Positions 1-8,700 of a DNA stretch of 64,000 nt are shown in pieces. Every line of letters starts with the position of its first letter. Positions within the stretch are counted from its first letter, which is position 1. The notes below the pieces were generated by a model. The model ran no database searches. It was not told where the DNA came from and saw only the letters and a program-made list of their open reading frames with translations. Position numbers and translations under genes: made by a program. Source of the stretch: a virus (taxonomy: Duplodnaviria > Caudoviricetes); IMG/VR virus record IMGVR_UViG_3300031836_000002, positions 1-64,000 of that record; one strand, 5' to 3'.

Positions 1-440
1 ACGTCTGGGTAGTCGAGAACGAGGTTACCCGTAAGCGACTGCCAAATCATGAATTCCGCGAAGTTGTCAAAGCGCTGGTTGAGGTCCTTGACCTCGCGCA
101 TGACAGCCTCTTCGGCACGAACCCTGTTGAGATCCGAAAGGTTGTTTGCTGCTGCACGTAGCCAGTGGAGAGTCGTAGGTTCGAAAACCTTCTTCTCACG
201 TAGGTAGACGAATGCTGCACTCTCGGTCGAGCGTCCGAGACGAGGCACAATGTGCGCTTCGCTGTTCGGAACGTTCGGACGAGCGATTGCTCGGCTACCA
301 CGTAGCACTTCCCACTGAACAGTGGGGAATGGCCAAGGCGTCTGTGGGACGCGATTGAGCATGGTGAGCTTCTCGGGAGCGGTGAACTTCTCCACCACAC
401 CCCGCAGCACTGTGGGCTGGAGGAGGGAAATTTCAGGCAC
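1..440 (-). CDS. Major capsid protein, 5' part (truncated at window edge)
   Basis: Not in the ORF track. GTG at 440 with SD AAGGAG upstream; frame open to the window edge (VPEISLLQPTVLRGVVEKFTAP...REKKVFEPTTLHWLR...LNQRFDNFAEFMIWQSLTG), resembling lambda gpE-type capsids; lies directly downstream of the protease/scaffold and decoration genes. Confidence 0.85.
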   Translation of the reverse strand, partial: MPEISLLQPTVLRGVVEKFTAPEKLTMLNRVPQTPWPFPTVQWEVLRGSRAIARPNVPNSEAHIVPRLGRSTESAAFVYLREKKVFEPTTLHWLRAAANNLSDLNRVRAEEAVMREVKDLNQRFDNFAEFMIWQSLTGNLVLDYPD

Positions 441-454
441 CGTAATCTCCTTAT

Positions 455-590
455 CGTTGCCTATTGGAATAGGAATCAGCGACCCGGAGGCCCGACCTGC
501 ACCTCCCCCAAATGGGGGACACTAGGCTGGTCTAGTTGAGTTTCTCTTCGAGCTACTCAAGGATCGGTACCTACAAGAGGTACCTCACCT
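455..590 (-). ncRNA. Putative structured RNA leader between decoration and major capsid genes
   Basis: Consecutive inverted repeats: CCTATT/AATAGG 460-473, TCCCCC/GGGGGA 504-519, ACTAG/CTAGT 521-536, TTGAGT/ACTCAA 536-560, GGTACCT/AGGTACC 566-584. Confidence 0.4.
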
Positions 591-610
591 TCAACGTCTC
601 GATCTCAGCT

Positions 611-1030
611 TTAGAACTTGAAGAAGCCCTCGACTGCGTTCACCTGTGCAGGAAGGGAGGCAATGCTGCCCAACGCCACACCGGAGTTCGCTGCCTGCAT
701 TGCTGCAAGCTTGAGAAGACCTGAGTACAAGATATTCGCTTGCCAGATTTGTGCATCTGCCGTAGCTCCGGTGTCCACCGTCTTGCGGAGGATTCCCAGA
801 GCGACAGTTGCGCCGTCTGCACCGAGCGCATCGTACTTGACGTAGCGCTTGGTCGTCGTCTTGCGAGCGAGGACGGTTCCAAGCAGAAGAATGCCTTGAC
901 CGGGTTCAAGGGTCACGCCCTTCTGGGTGTAGTTCTGTGCGGAGTACAGCAGCTCGTCATCGACGGTCTGCCCTCCAGTAGCGAGGCCGGGAGCCGGAAT
1001 CGCATTTCCGGGATACTCAGTAGTAGCCAT
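611..1030 (-). CDS. Head decoration (capsid cement) protein
   Basis: 139 aa; pattern VTLEPGQGILLLGTVLAR...KYD...A.GIL is typical of gpD-like decoration proteins; located between scaffold and capsid genes. Confidence 0.8.
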   Translation of the reverse strand: MATTEYPGNAIPAPGLATGGQTVDDELLYSAQNYTQKGVTLEPGQGILLLGTVLARKTTTKRYVKYDALGADGATVALGILRKTVDTGATADAQIWQANILYSGLLKLAAMQAANSGVALGSIASLPAQVNAVEGFFKF

Positions 1031-1066
1031 TGTTTTTTTCTCCTGTTCGAAGCTTAGGGACGTTGA

Positions 1067-2149
1067 TTAGTTGGCGTATTCAGCCGTGAGACGAGCAATG
1101 TCGTCTTGGACGGCCTTATCGTGAGACTCGTCGGTTGGCTCGAAGCCAAGCTCGTCGCCATCAGCGGAGAGCTTGACGAGTGCCTTCTCAGGGAGAAGCT
1201 CTTCGAAAAGCTCAGGGTTCGAGAGGAGCAACTTCACAGAAGCTTCCTTCGTCTTCGGGAGGATGCGTCCCTGTCGGACGAGTCCAGCCACACGCTCTTC
1301 CGCCGCGGCCTTAGCTCCCGACTCAACAAGGTCATTGACCTTCGTGGTGAGTTCGACAATCTGGCTACCTGCTTCAGCGACTGCACCAATGAGGTCATCA
1401 GCCGTAGCTTCTTCCCCGTTCGACAGCTTCAGGAGGCCAGAGTTACCCAGCTCTTCCTGAATCTTGTTCGACAGTGCGATTGCCTTGTCTGCGTCCGCGG
1501 CCTTCTTCTGAAGCTCCGGAACGTCAATGTTGTGTTCGGAACGAAGGGTTCCGATCATCTCATCAAGATCCATTGATCTCTCCTTGTTTGGTGCTGTCAG
1601 AATTACAGCGTCACTCCTACCATCGGCAGAAGCCGCAATGACTTCAGAAAAGTCATCCAAGTCTGTGATGTAGGGGCGGTTTGTCACTGCAACATGAAGC
1701 AGAGTTGGTCCCGCAGGCTTACCTGTTCGAGTATCTATGTAGTTCAGGTGCATCATGGCGGACGCACCCAAGAGGGTCTTGCCCAGCTTGTCGGCGGCTG
1801 TTTCGTCGCGGGCGTCAATCTGTGCGTAGATCTTGCCATTGCGCTTGGTCAGGCCAATAACCTCACCGATGTTGCGGTCTGGGTCTTCCGTGTGTTGGTT
1901 CTTGGCATCAGCCTTAGGAACCTGCACGATGTCGCAGACTTTGTTGGTGAAGTTGGCGATCAGCTTGTCCGCGAAGGAGTCATTGATGTTGACCTTGCCT
2001 CCGCGCACGCCGGGATAGATCAAATCCCCATAATTGAGGATGTGCTTTTCGAATACGCGGCCCTTGGTGGACCGAGACAGCTCGACAAAGTTCTCTCCGT
2101 TTACCGGGGGTACAATCACAAATCCGTCCATGGTTTCTACCATCGGCAA
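1067..2149 (-). CDS. Capsid maturation protease/scaffold fusion (Mu gpI-like)
   Basis: N-terminal half with HTEDPDRNIG...ASA...GPTLLHVAVTNRPYI (Mu-like protease pattern); acidic helical C-terminal scaffold; synteny. Confidence 0.8.
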   Translation of the reverse strand: MPMVETMDGFVIVPPVNGENFVELSRSTKGRVFEKHILNYGDLIYPGVRGGKVNINDSFADKLIANFTNKVCDIVQVPKADAKNQHTEDPDRNIGEVIGLTKRNGKIYAQIDARDETAADKLGKTLLGASAMMHLNYIDTRTGKPAGPTLLHVAVTNRPYITDLDDFSEVIAASADGRSDAVILTAPNKERSMDLDEMIGTLRSEHNIDVPELQKKAADADKAIALSNKIQEELGNSGLLKLSNGEEATADDLIGAVAEAGSQIVELTTKVNDLVESGAKAAAEERVAGLVRQGRILPKTKEASVKLLLSNPELFEELLPEKALVKLSADGDELGFEPTDESHDKAVQDDIARLTAEYAN

Positions 2150-2168
2150 TTGTCCCGGAGACTGATTT

Positions 2169-2444
2169 TTAGTCGAAGCTAGTGTCTGCTGAGGCTTGAT
2201 CTAGGACAGCTTCCAAGTCTTCCAGCGTGCTCGGATAAACCGTCCACATGGCCGTGGGGGTGGGAGTGGAGTCTGAGAGCTGGTCAATCCAGTCTTCCCA
2301 CTCCACGGCACTGCCTCTAGCGGCCACCACCAAGGCTCCATAAGCCTTCAAATTGGTGTGGGTGGGGTCGTAGTAGCTTTCCGTCTCTGTGTAGACACCC
2401 ACGGGGATCCCACTTGCTGTTTGGTGAAGTAGATAATCAGACAT
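2169..2444 (-). CDS. Small acidic hypothetical protein, candidate immunity protein
   Basis: 91 aa; overlaps the upstream small gene; second of two small ORFs after the giant effector gene. Confidence 0.55.
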   Translation of the reverse strand: MSDYLLHQTASGIPVGVYTETESYYDPTHTNLKAYGALVVAARGSAVEWEDWIDQLSDSTPTPTAMWTVYPSTLEDLEAVLDQASADTSFD

Positions 2445-2748
2445 CGTAGGAATCCAGTTCCTTCTTCAAAAGTCGCCCTTTCAGTTCCGGAGCTTTTCTC
2501 CAGACCCAGCTCTGTTTCGGGGTGGTAACGAACCACTCACTCTCTACTTCCTCGATGGAATTTATCTGAAGGATGACATCCTTCTCAGGATGCACTATCA
2601 GAGAGACCTCCAGCTCGTCTTTGTCGTCAGAGACATTTCCTAGAAGGACTATCAGATCAAGATCTGTCTTGTCACTGATGGCGTGCACTCCGAAAGGGAA
2701 GAAGGCTTTGAACTTCTTCGTAAACTCTTCTTTTGTTATTTGAGCCAT
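2437..2748 (-). CDS. Small acidic hypothetical protein, candidate immunity protein
   Basis: 103 aa; overlaps the stop of the giant effector gene (translational coupling). Confidence 0.55.
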   Translation of the reverse strand: MAQITKEEFTKKFKAFFPFGVHAISDKTDLDLIVLLGNVSDDKDELEVSLIVHPEKDVILQINSIEEVESEWFVTTPKQSWVWRKAPELKGRLLKKELDSYDV

Positions 2749-5700
2749 TGCTTCTTCACCTTGTTCAGTGCTTCCAGTACGTTAGCTTTCATCACCAAGC
2801 GCTCCTCAATAGGAAGCCCTCGGATCATTTCAATGCCACGCTTCTTCAGTGCCTGTATCGCGTGATTTCTCTTGGCTGAGTCCTTGAAAGCGTACACCTC
2901 AACGATGTCCAGCAAGGCTGCCGAATGGGGAAGCATGGTCTCGTTAGCTGATCCGGTGAACTTCTCCAACGCGTACTTGGGATTGGATGGAGCATCCGAA
3001 GACTTCCACTGCACATCCCCATAGCGGTCATAGGAGTAGGAGTACGTCCGAGTACGGAGAAGAGCTGCTGGGTCGAAGAAAGCATTGAAGCTGTTGTGTT
3101 CAGAAATCGAATGGATTCTGGTGTACACGTTGCTGGCAGAGTCATTGGTCTGGTCAGTTGTGGCTGACATTCCATTGACCCAGTAACCGTTCTGGCGAAG
3201 ACGTTCTTCCGCTCCCAGTGAGCCTCCTACAAGAGATTGTCGGAGAGGGTCATTCGTGGATGATGTCATCAGCATCTTCCCTGTCTCTCGGATCTCCTCC
3301 GGTGTGAAGTCGTAGCGGATCCAGTGGGGCTTTCCTGTTTCCATTTCAGGCTGGGACATCATCTGGTGGTCGTATTGTGGCAGGTAAAGCTCCTCTTTCA
3401 GAACTCTGCTGACCTTCTCTTCTCCGAAGTGCTTGGTGTGGAGGTCTCTCCAGAAAGTTAGCTCCTCTTGAGAGGTCATGGAGTCGCTAAGAGTCTCTAG
3501 GAACGTCTCAGACACGTCACTCTTCTGCGTCTTGAAGTCTTGCAGGTCAGCCTTGGCTGCGGCGTATGGAGACCCTACCTCGTGCATTCTGTTGTCGAGG
3601 ATCTGGTACATCTCCCTCCAGTACACCAGCTCGGCTCCAGCCTCGTCCATGGGAGTGGAGTCGATACCCATGGTCTGAAGAATTCCCTCGATTCTCTCCA
3701 AGGAGTTCGCTACAGCTGCTGTGTCCTTACCAGATCCGTCTGCTCGGAACATCACCTTGCCTCGTTGGCTGGCTACGGTGTTGGTCTGTCCACTATTTCG
3801 GAAAAATACACGCTCACCAGTATCAAGCTTGATCTCGTACTCGACGCCACTCGATCCCTCGACGCCTCCTGTGGATTCCGGGTTGGAGGTCTTGATGTTC
3901 TCCTCCACAGATCCGGACATCTCGTTGGTGTGGTGGTTCAATTTCACGACGTAGCCGAGAGACTTGGGCTGCTCGACAGTGACCGGGGTCCACTCAGACG
4001 TGTCCAGTTCAGAGCTATTGACGAAGCTAACCTGAGCAGTGTCCAAGTTCTTCAGAAGGTACGAACCGTTCGCCATCAATGTGGCTGTCTGTACCCCATC
4101 CGGGTTCGTGTATACCTTCAAGTCATCTGAGAGATTCAATGGAGTGAACTTCTCGATTTTGGGTGCTACCTTGCCATTCTCCTCATGGGCCTTTTCAATG
4201 TCTGCCAGACGTGGTTGGTAGAAGTCCAGAAGCATCTTGTACTGATCCACATGGACCATGGGCACAGTGGTTCCAGACTTGAACTTGTAGTGGTCCACTC
4301 CCACCACGGAGATGTTCGAGATGAGGTTCGGTGACCACTCCTCAAAATCTTCTCTAATGGTCTTTGCCGTCTCTGCAAATTTGGTCATCTTCGCGGCGTT
4401 GTAATCCTTGTCCAACGCGTGATGGTTCACGGTCTTCGCGGCATCCAAGAGACTGGAGTGATGAACATCCACAGCGCTGAATCCCTGAGAGGCTGACTTG
4501 TCCTTGTCAAACTGAGCTGTAGCCGTCTGGAGGAACTCAAGGACAGCTTTCTGCTTCTTCGGTCCAAGTGTTAGCTCACCCAGAAGGTTTTTACTTCCAC
4601 TCTCGTACTCATCTGTCCAGACAGTGGCGAAGCCTCCTTGAATGTCAGCTCCTCCCACCATGGTGGATTTTCCAACTGAGCCGGTGGTCAATACCTGTTC
4701 GTGTAGTCGAGAGTCTCCCAGACCTGAAAGTACATCGCCCAAAGGGGTGTCTGGGATCTCTGGAAGGACTCCAAGCTTGGAGTCTTTGTAGGCTCCTGCC
4801 CAGAGGGTTTCGAAGTCTACACTCAGGTGGTCTCGCCGGTCTAGAACAGCTGCCATGAGACCTTCAAAGTCCTGTGATACCAACGTGCCGTCGATCTTGT
4901 AGGGAACGTCATAGCCCGTGTCTCTGCTCTTCATTCCTTCGACCATCAAGTCTCGGATAGAGGCATCATCAATCTTCGAGACGTTGGTAATTCGACGTTG
5001 GATCTTGAGGTAGGCCGCGTCTGCTGTGGCTTTGTCGATCTTTCCTGCACGCATGGAGTCGAACAGTTGGGTGTAGACGGTCTTGGCGTTGCTGTCTGCT
5101 TTGTGGTCCCCGGAGAGTCCCTTCCACGAGCCATACGATCTGAACGCTCGACCCTTGTCAATTCCGACAATCTTTCCACTGCCATCAATGATGGCGTTGT
5201 CACCCTTTGTGTCGTCGTTGTCTAGGAGCCAGTCAAGAACGTGCTCCCCTCCGACCCCGGCGATCTGATCCACACTCAGGGTTCCGTAGTCGGCTCCCAT
5301 GAGGTCACCCACGCCATGTACCTTGGACTGCAATAGGCCATACTGGCCATCAATGGTGACCAGACGAGGCTCAGCGGAGTTGAATCCCCAGAGGCGTCCC
5401 AGAGAGTTTCCTAGCCCTTCGACCTCGGCTCTGAATCGTCCATTGTCGGTGTCTGGACGCGGCTTGAAGAAGTAGTCGTTTCCGTGCTGGTCGGAGTACT
5501 CCGCAATGGGGTGTGTGCCTTGCTTGACCGTCTGGAGAGGCTTCTTGGTGTACACCGGAATCAAAGACTCTAGGTACTGCTCGTGAGACTTCTTTTGGAA
5601 ATAATCGGTGACAGCCTTGTTCTTGACAATCGACGGGTTTCCAAATGTGCTTGCCGCTAATGCTTCTTCGTAGATCGCTGTCAGTTCCGGGTTGCTCTCT

Positions 5701-8700
5701 GCCACATCGTCGTAGTACTTCTCGGAAAGAGAAGTTGTCCAGCCCTCGGTGGGGAATTGGGAGTTGTCGAACAGTTGATCATATGCCTTGGCTGGAACGA
5801 TGTCATCGGTCCACTCCACAGGATCAGAGAGGGTTTTGTTTCCGTCCTTGGATCGCTTCTGTGCCGATAGAGATAGCTTGTCTACCAAAGCCTTTTGATT
5901 GTTTCGGTGAGCAAACACCCAAGCGCGTCGATCTGCCACCGTCAAGTGCTCTGGGTATTTCATTTGAGCCTTGATCAAATAGTTGTCTAGCTCAGCTATG
6001 GGGATTTGGGTTGTTCCCATCGGAGTCCAGTCACCCTTGACTGGTCGAAGTGCTGACACCTCTCCGGGGACTGCTGCTGCCCAGTGGACCTTGTGGGTTC
6101 CTTCATTCTCTTGGTAGCCGGGGTGCTTGTATCCAGATTTGTGTGCTTTTCCCTCGGCTGCTGCGGCTTTCACTTCGATGTTGTACACCTGAACGAAGTC
6201 GCCCTTGTTGAAGGCTGAGATCCACTGCTGCTTGTCGTAGATGTCCATCTTGGTGGAATGCAGACCAATAATCTCACCGTTGCCTATGGACATTGAAGCT
6301 TTCTTGATCCAAGCCTTTTTCTCTGCGTTGGTGGTCACGTTTACCGAGTCCATCAACTCTTCGGGCATGACAGCGGATCCTTGGATGTCCCAAGTGAAGA
6401 GCTTCGTGGTGTTGGAATCCGGGATCTCTGTATTCACGCCCGCGAGCATGGCGTCTACTGCATCTGCTACAACTTTGAGCTTGTCGTCATTGCTCTGGGA
6501 AGTACTCTTGTCGTCATCGAATGGGGTGCTGGGCTGCTCGACGGCATACTTAAGGACAAGAGCTGCTTCGTATACTGCTCCAGCTTCCTTCACAGCATTG
6601 ACTACCTTATTCTGCTCAGCTAGGGTGCCTTTGTTCTCTGAGGTCTCGTACTCCTTGAATAGCTTCTGTGCTTCCAAGAGAGAGTACGTGGACACCTCCT
6701 TGCCAAAAAATGTCACATCTCCTGTGTACCCCTGAGGCAGCACGGAGTTTCCGAACTCATCCGTGAGCTTTCCCTGAACAAAGAGGGTCTGAATCTTTGC
6801 CTTGGTGAGCTGAACAGGTTCTGCATCTCCGTGAGATTTGATCTTGTAGTAGGGGTAGTAGCTGGACGCAGACTTCAATACCTCTTCAGGAGTGGGGTCC
6901 CCATTCGACTTCTTCCACGAGCCATCTGCTTGCTTGGTGTGGCTATCCATATCGTCATAGTTGCCCACGATCTGTGCACCTGTGGAGGCCTCGAACAGCC
7001 ACAGAGCTGTAGTCTTCTGTCCTATCTTTCCTGTCGAGCCAACAGTCGCACTCTTGGGTTTGGTGACAGTAACTACGTCTCCATTGACTTCATACGTCCA
7101 CGCCTTCGCCCCGGAAGGAGAACCGTTGAAGTACGTGCCGTCTTCCAAAGCCTCTACGTTTTTCAATTTAGGCTTGAGGACTGACTTGTTCGTGCTCGAA
7201 GTCTTCTTTTCCGCTGGCTCTGGGTAGTCGCTAGGAATACCTAGGTACTTGTTCATTCCGGCCTTGTGGTTAGCCTTCACCTTGGCTGTCGTCAGGGAGG
7301 TGGCCGCACCTGTGGAGTTGACGTATACTCCTGTGCCATCTTCCTTGACCACCATGTACGTTGGTCCTCCGCCTGTGTACTTTCCGGGATGCAGACCACT
7401 CTTGTTCTTCTCTGTGTCGATCTCGTCTAGCTTCTTCAGCTGACCAAGAGACGCTGCATTCTTTTGGGTACCTCCTATCCCAATTGAGATTCCCTCTTCG
7501 TCCGCGTTGAAGAACTCCCATTGAGTGTCGGTGGTCTTTGTGTGGAAGCCTCCGAAGGTGTCTTCAAATATGTCACCCTTCTTGGCATTCTCTACATCCG
7601 CTGGGGTCGCATCGGCGTTGTCGGAGTAATCAAGACCGTCATCAGAGTTGGGGAGCTTCTTGAGGATGTCTCCTATGGGGTCCTGAGAATCTTCTTCGAG
7701 AAGCTCAGTCTTCAGTTCAGGGATGGATCCGTAAACAGTGCTTTCCCAGACATCATCATCTGAGAAGAGTCCCGTGAGGACTCCATCGTCATCCAAGTAA
7801 TTCCATTGGTCTGTCTGCGTCTTCAGGAAGTGTCCTCCAGCCTCGGCTGGTACCACGGTTCCTTCAGGAGCATTGATGATGTCGGCTGCCTCGGTAAGCC
7901 CATCTCCCACGTTCTTCGATGTCTTCTCTTCCTCGGCCTGCGGGAACTTGGTCAGCTTGCTCTTCAGAAGGTCGATGAACTTCTGCTTGGTGACGGTCTT
8001 GTCCTTGTCGAACCCTACGATGTCATTGGGGCTGAGCTTTCCTAGAGCGTTGCCTTTCTTGTTCAGCTCGCTCTTGAAGATCTTCCCGTTGAAGCCTTCG
8101 AGGATCTCGATGGCTTGCTCGATGTCGTCCTTGGTGAAGGCTCCTCCAGTCTCACCGGTGGGTGTGGTCTGGGACTCTGCACTTCCGATGTTGACCGTGG
8201 GGCCTTCAGAGTTCTTCTCTTTCTTGGTCTCCGTCTTGATTCCAAGCTTGTCCTTCAGCATCTGAACCACGCCCTGCTTGGGAGGTAGGTCCGGGTGGGC
8301 AGTCTTAGCCCATACCTTGAGTTGGTCCTTCGGTAGCTTGGCTAGAGGGTTCTCAGGAACCGACTTCAGTCCGTAGGCGATCTGGAATGATGGGTGACCC
8401 TCCAGAGCATTCAGAGCCTCTTGCATCTCATCAGGGGAGAAACTCTCGCCGCCTGTCTCGAAGGTCGTTTCGAGAGGGTCTGGGTTCCCTGAGTCCTTAG
8501 AGGCCACCGAGAACTTACCGCTAGCTGCGGAGTTCTTGAGGTCGGAGGAAAGAAGAGTTTGACCTCCGGGAGTCAGCCATTTTCCGGTGTCGAGCTTGGT
8601 GTACTGGCTAAGCTTCCCATCCTTCTTAGCAAAGTTGAGTATGGTTCCATTTTCCAGTTCGTCCATCTGCTCGTAGCTTGTGATGACTCCTTCTGGGGCC

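Noticed and set aside
47-400. 117-aa minus-strand ORF in the track
   Set aside because: Wrong frame; the real gene is the capsid ORF starting at GTG 440 with an SD.
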